64,000 bases of DNA from Bdellovibrionales bacterium GWB1_55_8 (GCA_001769835.1 MEPR01000073.1:1112-65111); one strand, 5' to 3'; shown: positions 54,063-64,000, numbered from the stretch's first letter. Program-made: numbers and translations. The notes: generated by a model from the letters alone, not told the origin.

Positions 54063-55949
54063 ATGACACTTCCAATCAGAAACGTTTGTATTATCGCTCA
54101 CGTCGACCACGGCAAAACCACGCTCGTTGACTTCATGCTTCGCCAAGCCGGCACCTTTCGTCAGCACGAAACGGTTGTCGAGCGGGTCATGGACTCCATG
54201 GATCTCGAGAAAGAACGTGGAATCACGATTCTCGCCAAAAACACGGCCGTGCGAGTGCGCGACACGAAAATCAACATCGTGGATACCCCTGGCCACGCCG
54301 ACTTTGGCGGTGAGGTCGAGCGTATCATCGGCATGGTAGATGGAGCACTTCTTCTGGTCGACGCCGCCGAAGGCCCGCTTCCGCAAACGAGATTCGTGCT
54401 CCAGAAAGCCCTGGCAGCCGGTCAACGAGTGATCCTCGTCTTAAACAAGGTGGACCGGCCCGAGTGCGTCGGCGGCACCCGTACCCAGGAAGTGCTGAAC
54501 CAGACCTTCGACCTGTTCTTTGAACTCGGTGCCACGGAAGAGCAGATGGAATTCCCGATCGTTTACGCCTGCGCCCGCGAAGGCTGGTGCACGACGGATT
54601 TCAACGAGATCCCGGAGCTGATCGCCGGCACGAAAAAAGGGACCCTTCAGCCCCTTTTTGACGCCCTTCTGAAGTACATCCCGCAAGCGACGGTCAGCGA
54701 TGAACCCGGTTTTCAGATGCTGGTCTCGAATCTGGCCTACTCCGACTACGTGGGCAGGCTTGCCACGGGCCGAATTCTTTCCGGAACGCTCACGCGAGGT
54801 CAGAAGCTCTTTCGCCGCGGCCGGAACGCGGCAGGCGACCCGGTGGATGAGCCATTCACCGCGGCCAGAATTTACACCTTTGAAGGGCTCCAGCAGGTGG
54901 AAGTCTCCGAAGTTCAGGGCGCCGACATCTGCGTGATCGCCGGAAATGAAAACGTCGAAATCGGCGACACTATCACGGGCTCGGAGAGCGTCAAGACGCT
55001 TCCGCGCATCGAAGTTGAAGCGCCCACCCTGGGCATGGTCTTCTGCGTGAACACCTCCCCTCTTTCAGGTAAGGAGGGCGAAGCCATTCAATCGAGAAAA
55101 CTTCGCGAGCGTCTGCTCAGGGAAGTTCGAAACAACGTCGCCTTGCGATTCCAGGAAACCGAACTACCCGACCAGTTCCGAATCCTCGGGCGTGGCGAGC
55201 TTCAGTTCGCGATCCTGATTGAACAGATGCGCCGCGAAGGTTTCGAGTTCATGATCGGCAAACCGATTGTGCTGTACCGCAAGGGACCTGATGGCGACCG
55301 GCTCGAACCCATCGAAACCGCCGTGCTGGATCTGCCTGAAGAACACGCAAGCGAAGTCACCTCCATCTTCCAGAAGAGAAAAGGCATCCTGAAAAAATAC
55401 GAGGCCCTTTCGGCACCTCACGGGACCACTCGCCAGCGCGTCAGGCTTGAAATCGAACTGCCCACACGCGGGCTGCTCGGCATGCGGTCGCGCTACCTCA
55501 CCACGACCCGTGGCGAAGGGCTTTTCAGCTCGCACGTCACCAGCTACGCAAGCTTCAAGGGCGACATCCCGCACCGCAATTTCGGAGCCCTGGTGAGCGA
55601 CCGCTCGGGCGACACCGTCGAGTACGGCCTCCTCGGACTTGAAGACCGCGGCATCCTGTTCTTCGGCCCGGGCGTTCCGGTCTATGAAGGAATGGTCATC
55701 GGCGAGAACAATCGCGAGAACGACATGAACGTCAATCCCTGCCGTGCGAAGAAACTCACGAATATCCGGGCTGCTCATGCTGAATTGCTTGTGACGCTTT
55801 CGGGCATTCGCGAGATGTCGCTCGAACGCTGCCTGGAATGGATCGATGAGGACGAGTGGATCGAAGTCACTCCCAAATCGATCCGCGTCAGAAAGAAAGT
55901 GCTCCAGGCAAATCTGAGGAGCGTCAAACGAGCGGATCGGATCGATTAA
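54063..55949 (+). CDS. typA: Translational GTPase TypA/BipA
   Basis: IRNVCIIAHVDHGKTTLVD, DTPGHADF, NKVD G-motifs and EF-G-like downstream domains. The start is at MTLPIRN (54063). Confidence 0.95.
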   Translation: MTLPIRNVCIIAHVDHGKTTLVDFMLRQAGTFRQHETVVERVMDSMDLEKERGITILAKNTAVRVRDTKINIVDTPGHADFGGEVERIIGMVDGALLLVDAAEGPLPQTRFVLQKALAAGQRVILVLNKVDRPECVGGTRTQEVLNQTFDLFFELGATEEQMEFPIVYACAREGWCTTDFNEIPELIAGTKKGTLQPLFDALLKYIPQATVSDEPGFQMLVSNLAYSDYVGRLATGRILSGTLTRGQKLFRRGRNAAGDPVDEPFTAARIYTFEGLQQVEVSEVQGADICVIAGNENVEIGDTITGSESVKTLPRIEVEAPTLGMVFCVNTSPLSGKEGEAIQSRKLRERLLREVRNNVALRFQETELPDQFRILGRGELQFAILIEQMRREGFEFMIGKPIVLYRKGPDGDRLEPIETAVLDLPEEHASEVTSIFQKRKGILKKYEALSAPHGTTRQRVRLEIELPTRGLLGMRSRYLTTTRGEGLFSSHVTSYASFKGDIPHRNFGALVSDRSGDTVEYGLLGLEDRGILFFGPGVPVYEGMVIGENNRENDMNVNPCRAKKLTNIRAAHAELLVTLSGIREMSLERCLEWIDEDEWIEVTPKSIRVRKKVLQANLRSVKRADRID

Positions 55950-57341
55950 ATGACCGGGAAGGGCGCTTACCAGCTCGAGCGCAGACTCCTGGGGAAGACC
56001 GGCTGGGAAGTATCCCCGGTCGGATTCGGTTCCTATCGCATCGATGACAAAACCCCCGCCCACCGCGAGGCGCTGCAAGCCGCTCTGACGTCGGGATGCA
56101 ACCTCATTGATACGAGTTCGAATTATACGGACGGCGGTTCTGAACGCCTGATTGGGTCGGTTGTCGGCGCGGTGAAACCGCGTGACGAGATCCATGTCGT
56201 CACGAAAGCGGGATACGTCCAGGGCGAGCAGCTGGAACTGGCGCGTCTTCGCATCAGCCAGGGCAAACCCATTCCCGAGATGGTGCAGTTTGCCCATGAT
56301 TGCTGGCACTGCATCTCTCCTGAATTCCTGTCGATGCAGATCCAGCGTTCACTCACCCGCCTCGGTTTTGAGCGACTGGACGCCCTCCTGCTTCACAATC
56401 CGGAATACTTCCTGCGGACCGAGCCCGATCACGCCGAGTATTACCGGCGTATCAGACAGGCTTTCGAATACCTGGAAACGGAAGTCGAGCGCGGACGTAT
56501 TGGCTGGTACGGCATTTCATCGAACACCCTTGCACATCCCAAGGACGCGCCGGACTATACCTCACTGGAGGTGCTGCTGGAGCTTGCGAACGCGATCCGG
56601 CCCGATCACCATTTCGCGATCATCGAGTTTCCCTTCAATCTGTTTGAACCCGGTGGCGCCCTCGAGAGAAACAATTCGGGCAAAACGGTTCTGGAACTCG
56701 CGCAGGAGAACCATCTCGGTGTCCTGACGAACAGGCCGCTGAACGCGTTCAACCAAGGCCGTTTGCTCAGGCTCGCCGACTTCCCGTCGCATCCTGCAAG
56801 AGATCTGGAAACCGAGCTGCAGGAAGCGCTGACGCATGTGATGCAGCTCGAGTCGAGTTATCCCGAGAGTTCCGATCTCCCGGTGAAACGAATGGTCTGG
56901 GGCCACGCCATTCGCAAGAACTTCCTGACCCTGGTCACTCCGGAAACCTGGCACCAGGTTCGCTTCGGCCAGATTGAACCTGCCATTCGGGGTTCGCTTG
57001 AACTCCTCGCCGGTCACTCGGAACTGGCGCCTTGGGCTGACGAATACCGGTTTCGCACCGAAGAACTTTTTGAGATTCTGACGGCCTATGTCGAAAGCGA
57101 GGCCTCATCGAATGCGAAACGCCTCGCAGCAAAGCTCGACGAGCTCTGCCCGGAACTGAAAACCGAGCCGACGCTGGTGAGGAAGGTTCTGAAACTCTCG
57201 CTTTCCGTTCCAGGAATCGACTGCGTGCTGCTGGGCATGCGCCAGCCCCGGTATGTGGCCGACGCAACCGCGACCGCTGAGCTGATCGCACCCGAACGGG
57301 CGCTTGCAACGCTTCAGAGCCTGAACGAAGACCCCAGCTAG
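55950..57341 (+). CDS. Aldo/keto reductase family oxidoreductase with C-terminal extension
   Basis: N-terminal LGKTGWEVSPVGFGSYRI and AKR-like core. 463 aa. The ATG directly abuts the typA stop. Confidence 0.75.
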   Translation: MTGKGAYQLERRLLGKTGWEVSPVGFGSYRIDDKTPAHREALQAALTSGCNLIDTSSNYTDGGSERLIGSVVGAVKPRDEIHVVTKAGYVQGEQLELARLRISQGKPIPEMVQFAHDCWHCISPEFLSMQIQRSLTRLGFERLDALLLHNPEYFLRTEPDHAEYYRRIRQAFEYLETEVERGRIGWYGISSNTLAHPKDAPDYTSLEVLLELANAIRPDHHFAIIEFPFNLFEPGGALERNNSGKTVLELAQENHLGVLTNRPLNAFNQGRLLRLADFPSHPARDLETELQEALTHVMQLESSYPESSDLPVKRMVWGHAIRKNFLTLVTPETWHQVRFGQIEPAIRGSLELLAGHSELAPWADEYRFRTEELFEILTAYVESEASSNAKRLAAKLDELCPELKTEPTLVRKVLKLSLSVPGIDCVLLGMRQPRYVADATATAELIAPERALATLQSLNEDPS

Positions 57342-57407
57342 GCAAAACCTGCCCGGGCAAAACCGACCCATTTACGAAAATCCCCGCTCACCAGACAATG
57401 GAAAGCG

Positions 57408-58484
57408 ATGAGCGCTTTCATTGGGAAGAACCGAGGACTAATGGGACTTTTGGACGAAACACGTGATTTTCGGCCAGATCCCGAACCGGCTGCCGCGCCG
57501 AGCCTTCGTCCATTCGAGCCTCGCGAACCCGAGCACAGTTCCAGAGCCGGGCGCGGAGACCTCCTCGAAGCCTTGCAGGAACTCAGCACGGCTCTGCGGA
57601 ACGAGCGTGCGAATTCGAAACAGCTCCACACCCAGCTCGAGAGAACGCGCGCCGTTCACGCCAAGGAACTTGCCGAGCGTGAAGCGCAAACGCGGGCCAT
57701 AGCAGAGCGGGAACGGAAGCTTCTTGAAACGCAGCCCGAAGCGCAAATGCGAGAAAGGGCGCTCCAGAACCAGATCGCCACACTCGAACAGGAGATCCAG
57801 AAACTCCATGCGCAGCTCACCCGCGCCGAACAGGACCGGAGCGAAGAACAGCGCAAATTGAACTTCGAACTCGAACTCATGAGGGCCGCTCAGCAACACC
57901 GGACCAACAGCGACCAGAGCCTGACCCGCATGCTTTCAGAAGCTCGCAACCAGTATGACCGGCTGAGGAACAAGGCTCAGGCGATCCTGCAGGCTTACAG
58001 GAACGCGGAACAACGCCGACAGGAACTGCAGATGAAGCTGCAGGTCGCCGAAAAACTGTTCGAACCTTCAAAACGGGAATTGGTTCAGCTCAGAACCGCC
58101 CTGCACCACGCCAATCGGACTGCTGAAAAAGCTTCGTTCGAACGCGACCAGCTTCTCTCCAATCTCAAGTCGCTGAAAAACCGCTCATTGTTGCATGCAC
58201 AGCGCTCGAATGGAGAACAGGAAAAGATCAAGGATCTGCAATCCTCGATCGAAAGCGAACGGAATGAAAAACACATGGTTCTGAGCTGCCTTCGTTCCGC
58301 TGAAGCGAAACTGGGACAGAAAGAAGAGCTCATTTCCCACCTGACCAGGGAACTCGAGGTCTTGCGCCAGGCCAGCGAAACCAGAGCCTCCGCCAAGAGC
58401 CATGCCGCACCGGACACCATTTCAGCAGAAGAAGCACAAAACCTGTGTGACCGTTACTTCGTGGCCTACCCTGCCGAAAGCTAG
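57408..58484 (+). CDS. Coiled-coil hypothetical protein
   Basis: Long heptad-like Q/E/R/L-rich sequence (e.g. LQNQIATLEQEIQKLHAQLTRAEQDRSEEQRKLNFELELMRAAQQ). Confidence 0.45.
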   Translation: MSAFIGKNRGLMGLLDETRDFRPDPEPAAAPSLRPFEPREPEHSSRAGRGDLLEALQELSTALRNERANSKQLHTQLERTRAVHAKELAEREAQTRAIAERERKLLETQPEAQMRERALQNQIATLEQEIQKLHAQLTRAEQDRSEEQRKLNFELELMRAAQQHRTNSDQSLTRMLSEARNQYDRLRNKAQAILQAYRNAEQRRQELQMKLQVAEKLFEPSKRELVQLRTALHHANRTAEKASFERDQLLSNLKSLKNRSLLHAQRSNGEQEKIKDLQSSIESERNEKHMVLSCLRSAEAKLGQKEELISHLTRELEVLRQASETRASAKSHAAPDTISAEEAQNLCDRYFVAYPAES

Positions 58485-58981
58485 TCTTTCACCCGCTGCA
58501 TGCGAAGGTAGTCCGCGTTTCCCGGACAGCCCATCTGCCAGCGCTTCGTCGGCAGATCCAGAAGAATCGTGCCCTCACGGCAGTGAAAAAACTCAAGCGT
58601 GTTGACCTTGTCTTTGGTCTTCAGGTTGAGTTCCGTATAGATCACTTCCGAGCGGAACCAGACGAGCTGCGCGGCCTCCTGTCGGCTCGCCACATCGGGC
58701 GAAACCCAGTAGACCTCAAGAATGCTGTCGGACCCCGGATCGCTGCTCACGTAAATTCCGCCTTGTGCCTGGGCCAGTTTTTCGAATTCCAGATCCTTGG
58801 CCTTGGACTCGATCTTGCGCCCGTCGGCCGTCTGGAACACACCCTTACGGCCTTTCAGCTTCAGGCTGGCTCCTGATTCGGAATCCCTGAATTCTCCCCG
58901 ATACTCCGACGGGATAACGCCGCAGGCGGTTCCGATGACCACGAGTGCGAGGCCGATGCTGTATTGATAAAAAGCGTTCAT
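58481..58981 (-). CDS. Hypothetical secreted protein/lipoprotein (166 aa)
   Basis: Signal peptide with Cys (LVVIGTAC). Immediately downstream of the repetitive 775-aa protein gene. Confidence 0.4.
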   Translation of the reverse strand: MNAFYQYSIGLALVVIGTACGVIPSEYRGEFRDSESGASLKLKGRKGVFQTADGRKIESKAKDLEFEKLAQAQGGIYVSSDPGSDSILEVYWVSPDVASRQEAAQLVWFRSEVIYTELNLKTKDKVNTLEFFHCREGTILLDLPTKRWQMGCPGNADYLRMQRVKD

Positions 58982-59010
58982 TTTGTCGCCCTTTCCTTGA
59001 ATTCTGCCAA

Positions 59011-61311
59011 TTAGAACTCTGACCGATGAATGACGACCGTGCGTCCGTTCTCTTTCACTTCAAGCTCAAGAACTCCACCCTCGTTCTCCGTGCGAATCAC
59101 GATTGGCACCAGAAACGAACTCTCCTGGCCATTTCGAAGGGGATTCAGATACTGGGGATTGGGTCCCGCCACCGCGAACGGATCCCCGCTTTTCGGCGTG
59201 ACCTTCACGTGCAGCTGCAATCCTCGCAGTGAACTTCGCGAGTGAACGTTCCGGATCACATATTCGACCCGCGAAATTCCGGCTTTCCTGAGCGAAGCCA
59301 GGCTTTGCGCGAGCCGGATCGTATAATCATTCAGCACCGGAATCTGAGGAGCCTGATCGAGAAGACCGATGCGGCGCGAGCCCGCACCCACCGCTTCGAT
59401 CACCAACGGAATTCGAGGAGAACCCCCTTTCCGGGCAATCACCTGAAATTCAATAACGCGGCTCTCACCCGGATTCAGAATACCGAGAGTCATCGCGCCG
59501 TCCAGGATCTCGAGAGTCGCCGGATCCGATGAAAGCTGAATGCGCGTCCCGGCGTCGGAAGGCACCTGCGACTGATTTTTCACGCGGATCGCAAGCGTCC
59601 CTTCGATGCCTTCGTGAAGTTCCGGCGTTCCCTCCAAGGCAATCCCGAGAACGAAGTGCGGAACGATCTTGATGACCTTCTCTCCAATATTGCGGCCCTG
59701 GAAAAAAGCCGTGACCCGGAAGGATACTGCCCTTCCAACCGCTGCTTCTTCAAGCCGGAATTCCAGGAGTTCAGAAACGCGGGTGAGGCTTTTCGCCTTC
59801 AGCCCGCGAGAAAGCACCGTTTCCGCGACACCGATCACCGCCGAACCGGAATCAAGCGCCTGAAGCTGGATTTTGACGTCTTTGCCGGCTTCCGCGGCAT
59901 CCGCGAAATTCCTCAGCTGAACACGGATTCGGAGCAGCTCTCCAGGTTCATAGAGGCCGTTCGGGATTGTCTCGGTCGCTTCGGCCTGAAGGAGCCGGAC
60001 AGGCCTGAGTTCAAAATCCTTGTCCTCGTCGATCTGGCCACGACGGTACTGTTCCGCCGCATAGCCGGGATAAACCTCGTCAAACTTCTTGCGATAGGCG
60101 GCATTGTAGGCGGCCTGATAAAGCTCCCCTACTCGTTCTTCGTAAGCTGCCCTGCGAGCTTCCTCGAAGTGCTGGTTGTAGTAACCCTGGTAGCTGTCGC
60201 GATAAGCGACCTGGGAGGCATTCGAGAACGCCTGATCGTAGGCATAGCGATGTGCGCGGCCATAAGCGTCGTTGTAAGCGCGAGAATAACCGGCGGCATG
60301 CCCATCCGCATGGCCACGGCGCAGATCATAATCGTAACTCCGGCTCCGAGCGCTTCGGCAGCCATCCTCCGCACCGAGGCGCCGCGCGCGATCGTAAGCC
60401 GAATCAAACGCGTAACGGTAATTCGTGTGGAAACCGGAATTGTAGCCATCGGAATAGCCGCCTTCGTAAGCGCGTCTTTCTTCCGGTGTGTTGTAGCGCG
60501 GGCGGGGATTATAAAACCGCCGATCAGGATGAGCTGATGAGGCGGTCGCCGAACTCAAAAGAGCCTGGAAGCCCTGTTTGATTTTCTGCGCAAACCCCGG
60601 CGCGCTTGAGCGCTGGCTGAATTCGTCTTCTGAATCGATGGGCTCCGCGAATCGTTCATCGCGAACGTCTTTCCTTCCGCGCGTGTAATCCTCGGCCACG
60701 GCTTTTCCGAGGGCATCCCTGTCGCCCGAGGCAATGCCATCGGCGCGGCCTCGTTCAGAGGCATCGGACTGATTGGCCTCGCTCGTCCCGCGAGCGCGAC
60801 CCAGGGGTTCTGCCTCGTTCTTCGCGTCGCGATTGGCGCGGGCAAGGCCATCGGAACGGCCTTCACGTTCGCCCTCTGCGCGTCCGTTGAATTCACCTTC
60901 GCGCTGCCCGTTGGAGTTGCCTTCATACTCGCCCCGGACAAATCCTTCGCGATAGCCGATGTCGTAAGCTTTTCGCTTTTCGTCGCGTTCGCAGCGATCA
61001 AAGCCCTCGCGAAACCCACGCTCGCGGCCTTCGCGGTCGCCTTCAGCAGGTCCGCGCACGTTGCCTTCACGTGAACCATCGGCTTGTCCATCATGATGGC
61101 CGGAGCGGCGGGCGCCACTGAGATCGAGTTCGATCGGACGCGGAGTCGGTGTGGCGGTCGCAGTGGGCCTAGGAGTCGGCGTCGCTGTCGGCCTCGGCCC
61201 GGGAGACGTCGTGGGTGACGGCCGTGGTCCCGGACGGGGCCTTTCTGCTGCGAGCCCGGATGCGGTTGTCGAAATCAGGAACACCAAAGCCAGAACTGCC
61301 GCGGATATTTT
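59011..61311 (-). CDS. Large secreted repetitive protein (Pro/Thr-rich linker, REG-type charged repeats, Tyr-rich AY..GY repeats)
   Basis: Signal peptide MKISAAVLALVFLISTTASGLA. PRPxPTxTP linker. Repeated REGxxxG and AYxxAY motifs. C-terminal beta-rich region. Confidence 0.5.
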   Translation of the reverse strand, partial: KISAAVLALVFLISTTASGLAAERPRPGPRPSPTTSPGPRPTATPTPRPTATATPTPRPIELDLSGARRSGHHDGQADGSREGNVRGPAEGDREGRERGFREGFDRCERDEKRKAYDIGYREGFVRGEYEGNSNGQREGEFNGRAEGEREGRSDGLARANRDAKNEAEPLGRARGTSEANQSDASERGRADGIASGDRDALGKAVAEDYTRGRKDVRDERFAEPIDSEDEFSQRSSAPGFAQKIKQGFQALLSSATASSAHPDRRFYNPRPRYNTPEERRAYEGGYSDGYNSGFHTNYRYAFDSAYDRARRLGAEDGCRSARSRSYDYDLRRGHADGHAAGYSRAYNDAYGRAHRYAYDQAFSNASQVAYRDSYQGYYNQHFEEARRAAYEERVGELYQAAYNAAYRKKFDEVYPGYAAEQYRRGQIDEDKDFELRPVRLLQAEATETIPNGLYEPGELLRIRVQLRNFADAAEAGKDVKIQLQALDSGSAVIGVAETVLSRGLKAKSLTRVSELLEFRLEEAAVGRAVSFRVTAFFQGRNIGEKVIKIVPHFVLGIALEGTPELHEGIEGTLAIRVKNQSQVPSDAGTRIQLSSDPATLEILDGAMTLGILNPGESRVIEFQVIARKGGSPRIPLVIEAVGAGSRRIGLLDQAPQIPVLNDYTIRLAQSLASLRKAGISRVEYVIRNVHSRSSLRGLQLHVKVTPKSGDPFAVAGPNPQYLNPLRNGQESSFLVPIVIRTENEGGVLELEVKENGRTVVIHRSEF

Positions 61312-61569
61312 CATGAGTCCCCCTGTGGCTGCCAACAAACGGTCAATAGCAGGAGCCGGAAAGCAAGCAAGGTGCCACGCCGTCCGCTTGTCGGGCGCCT
61401 TCTTCTAACTCAAAACACCTTAAAAAACGAGAACTTCAAATTGACGCGCACTCGGGCCCGCCGGCCTTCACTGGGACCAGGGCCAGGCTGATACCGCTTG
61501 CCCTCTGTTTTTAAGGAAAAATAAGGGTCAACGTGACACTGACTCGCAGGCAAGGTAATCACCCAAGGC

Positions 61570-62319
61570 ATGGATCAGAAATTAGAATTCACTCCGGTCG
61601 GCACGATCCGCTCGTGCTTTCGGGAGAAATTTGGAATTCCTAGACAGGCAGGGCTGGTACCCGATTCGAGGGCTGTTCTGAAGTTCAACGACGGCCAGGA
61701 GTTCCGGGACGCGCTTCGCGGGCTCGAGGGGTTTTCACACGTTTGGATCGTAACGGTTTTCCACGGCAATACACCAAGCGAGGAAGGCAGCTGGAAACCA
61801 CTCGTCCGACCCCCACGCCTGGGCGGGACTCAGAAAGTCGGAGTCTTCGCGTCGCGTTCCCCACATCGCCCGAACCCGATCGGGCTTTCAGCCGTGAAAT
61901 TGGAAAAGATTGTCGCCGATGCTCCGGGAGGAGCTGAACTTCACCTCAGAGGAATCGATTTTCTGGATGGCACCCCGGTGCTCGATGTGAAGCCCTATGT
62001 TCCCTACTCCGACAGCATTCCAGAAGCTTCTTCAGGGTGGGCCACACCGAGCGCGGAAATCCGGCGCGAGACGGGTGTCGAATTCACCGCGGCGGCTCTT
62101 CAAGCAATCAGTGATTTCGAAGCCCAGGGGTTCACGCGTTTTCGTGCATTGATTGAACAGGTCATTCAGCAGGATCCGAGGCCCTCTTTTCAAACAAGAA
62201 GGGCTCAAACGCAAACCGGTGCTTCAGAGTCTTACGGTTGCCGTCTCTATGACTTTGACGTGCGCTGGAAAATCGAAAACGACCAGGCGGTGGTGGTTGA
62301 AATCGAGGACCTTCGCTGA
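61570..62319 (+). CDS. trmO: tRNA (adenine37-N6)-methyltransferase TrmO (TsaA/YaeB family)
   Basis: N-terminal EFTPVGTIRSCFREKFGIPRQ typical of TsaA. 249 aa. Confidence 0.85.
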   Translation: MDQKLEFTPVGTIRSCFREKFGIPRQAGLVPDSRAVLKFNDGQEFRDALRGLEGFSHVWIVTVFHGNTPSEEGSWKPLVRPPRLGGTQKVGVFASRSPHRPNPIGLSAVKLEKIVADAPGGAELHLRGIDFLDGTPVLDVKPYVPYSDSIPEASSGWATPSAEIRRETGVEFTAAALQAISDFEAQGFTRFRALIEQVIQQDPRPSFQTRRAQTQTGASESYGCRLYDFDVRWKIENDQAVVVEIEDLR

Positions 62320-63041
62320 TGCATTTCAGGATCCTTCACAAAGATGAATGGCTGGTCGCGATTGAAAAGCCCGCCGGCTTTCAGGTGCACCCACCGGAAA
62401 ATCCCGCGCACTCGCTTTCCCGGAACAAGAACTGCCTTTTTTTGCTTCGTAAACAGCTCGAGGAAAAGCTTTATCCCGTGCATCGCCTGGACTCGGCCAC
62501 ATCGGGCGTTCTCCTCTTCGCCCTGACCCCCGAAATCGCACGAAACCTGCAGTCGGCCTTTCAAGCTCAGGAAATTCAGAAGCGGTACTATGCTGTCGTG
62601 CGCGGCTTCACCCCGGACGAGGGCACGATCGATCATCCGCTCTCAGACCTGGACGCTCGTGAAGACGATGAAACGGCGCTGCCGGCAAAACCTTCACTCA
62701 CCCAATATGAAACGCTGTTCCGGACGGAAAAAGAAGTCGCCGTAGGGCGCTACGCCACGTCGCGCTACTCCCTGGTGCGGGTCGAGCCGAAGACCGGACG
62801 CCAGCATCAGATTCGAAGGCATTTCGCCCATATCTCGCACCCTTTGATCGGCGATACGGTTTATGGGGATGGCAAACATAACCGCCACTTCCGCACGGTC
62901 CTCGAAACCCGCGCTCTGCTACTGAAAGCTTACTCCCTGCGGCTTACGCATCCGGTTACCTCCGAGAGCCTTTTTCTGCGCTGCCGCTGGGGCGATACCT
63001 GGCAAAGAGTTTTCAACTTTTTCGGGGCCTGCCCTTTTTAG
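62319..63041 (+). CDS. RluA-family pseudouridine synthase (TruC/RluA-like)
   Basis: Catalytic HRLDSATSGVLLFA motif. About 240 aa with no S4 domain. The start overlaps the trmO stop. Confidence 0.85.
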   Translation: MHFRILHKDEWLVAIEKPAGFQVHPPENPAHSLSRNKNCLFLLRKQLEEKLYPVHRLDSATSGVLLFALTPEIARNLQSAFQAQEIQKRYYAVVRGFTPDEGTIDHPLSDLDAREDDETALPAKPSLTQYETLFRTEKEVAVGRYATSRYSLVRVEPKTGRQHQIRRHFAHISHPLIGDTVYGDGKHNRHFRTVLETRALLLKAYSLRLTHPVTSESLFLRCRWGDTWQRVFNFFGACPF

Positions 63042-63080
63042 ATATTTGCCGAGATCAAAAAAATCGGAGAGAGTCATCGA

Positions 63081-63620
63081 ATGTACACTGGAATGAACAC
63101 CGGGATGAAAGTTCTTCTGCTGGCCCTCCTTTCAATCACTTCGATCCTGCCGTTTTCCCATGCCCAGGCTCTGCCCACTTCCATCGATCGCCCCGTTCTT
63201 TATCAGGGAGCCGAGAAGCTGCGCGGCTGTCTCGAAGGCGTGCTCCTGACGCATACGGAAGATCCCGGCAATATTTTTTCGGAATGGCGCGGGCCGGGCG
63301 TTCGCGCCAGCTCAGGCGGCGATGTCGATCCGTCGACGGCGCTCTTCATTTTCCAGATGATGCCATCCGACAAATGGTACGCGATCGCGTTTTACTCGCA
63401 GGACGACACGGGCTGGCAGCTCTTCTCTTATCATCGCGATGAAAAGCTGCAGGTCGGCTACCGCGCGCGCTCCATGGAACGGACGGGTTACCTGTTCCGA
63501 GTGGCACCAAGAAGCATGGCTTCACTCCCAGGCGGAATTGCCCCACTCGATGACACGCTTCCTTACACGGAAGTGGACTTGAGTATTTGCGAGGACTTCT
63601 TCAAAAGCTGGGAAAACTAA
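63081..63620 (+). CDS. Secreted hypothetical protein
   Basis: Signal peptide MKVLLLALLSITSILPFSHA. 179 aa. Confidence 0.35.
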   Translation: MYTGMNTGMKVLLLALLSITSILPFSHAQALPTSIDRPVLYQGAEKLRGCLEGVLLTHTEDPGNIFSEWRGPGVRASSGGDVDPSTALFIFQMMPSDKWYAIAFYSQDDTGWQLFSYHRDEKLQVGYRARSMERTGYLFRVAPRSMASLPGGIAPLDDTLPYTEVDLSICEDFFKSWEN

Positions 63621-63623
63621 GGC

Positions 63624-64000
63624 TCAGCTCTCGCTCTTGATTCTGACATCCAAAGCGGCGTGCTGTTCTCCAGCCTGAAGAGACGCATGAATGCGATCTC
63701 CCGCGTGAACAGGAGAAACCCCGGCCGGGGTACCGGTGAAAATCACATCGCCGGGCCTGAGCGTGAAGATAGTCGATAGATAAGCAATGAGTGTCGGTAC
63801 TGAAAAAAGCATCTCAGAGGTATTCACGGACTGTTTACGTTCTCCGTTCACCTCAAGAGCGATCCTGAAATCGGCATGGGGGGCTATGTCACTCGCGGGG
63901 ATAAAATGGCTGATGGGCGCAAACGTGTCAAAGCCCTTGGCCACGGTCCAGGGAAGCGACTTCTTTTTCGCGGCCTCCTGAAGATCTCGAGCGGTAAAAT
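63624..64000 (-). CDS. Fumarylacetoacetate hydrolase (FAH)-family protein, C-terminal part (gene continues beyond window end)
   Basis: GDVIFTGTPAGV...HAGD motif of the FAH family. The reading frame remains open to the window edge. Confidence 0.7.
   Translation of the reverse strand, partial: FTARDLQEAAKKKSLPWTVAKGFDTFAPISHFIPASDIAPHADFRIALEVNGERKQSVNTSEMLFSVPTLIAYLSTIFTLRPGDVIFTGTPAGVSPVHAGDRIHASLQAGEQHAALDVRIKSES

Noticed and set aside
57342-57407. Possible terminator (ctgcccgggcaaaacc) after the AKR gene
   Set aside because: The stem is short (GCCCGGGC), lies mostly upstream of the stop-proximal region and lacks a T-run. Not convincing as an intrinsic terminator.
1-64000. CRISPR arrays, integrase/transposase genes or other hallmarks of a mobile island
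   Set aside because: There are no regularly spaced direct repeats and no recombinase, transposase or phage-like ORFs in any frame. The accessory pilus module shows no flanking repeats or att-like duplications that I could see.

Overview
This 64 kb window is a moderately GC-rich (~57-58%) chromosomal segment from a Gram-negative bacterium. Gene content and the many secreted hydrolases fit a deltaproteobacterial or Bdellovibrio-like lineage, but I cannot assign a species from sequence alone. No rRNA, tRNA, CRISPR array, integrase or transposase was found.

Most of the window is housekeeping. Identified genes include a GT20 trehalose-6-phosphate synthase with a membrane anchor, a family 4/5 uracil-DNA glycosylase, aat-clpA-clpS, a surE and M23/NlpD-like pair, lptD, accD, rsmI, yraN, rnhB, rplS, trmD, a KH protein and rpsP. 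Further along are coaD, rsmD, mgsA, typA, an aldo/keto reductase, trmO, an RluA-family pseudouridine synthase and a PIN-PhoH ATPase.

The most distinctive feature is a ~9.3 kb plus-strand module inserted into the otherwise minus-strand rpsP-KH-trmD | rplS-rnhB ribosomal operon. It encodes a putative outer-membrane protein, a 7TMR-DISM sensor histidine kinase, and an archaic (sigma/Csu-like) chaperone-usher pilus cluster. The pilus cluster has three paralogous spore-coat-U (SCPU)-type pilin subunits, a periplasmic chaperone and an ~890-aa usher. It is preceded by an AT-rich leader.

Other notable loci:
- A translationally coupled pair: a ~1070-aa secreted protein of unknown function followed by a 1129-aa S8 subtilase with a long C-terminal extension.
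- A five-heme c-type cytochrome.
- An NfnAB/SudAB-like pair (GltD-like plus PyrK-like).
- An orphan single-domain response regulator fused in-operon with rpsP.
- A Fic/Doc-like protein with a degenerate motif.
- A strongly ribosome-binding-site-supported 64-aa highly basic micro-ORF.
- Several large repetitive or secreted hypothetical proteins.

All calls rest on motif recognition by eye and ORF structure. Nothing was run against a database.
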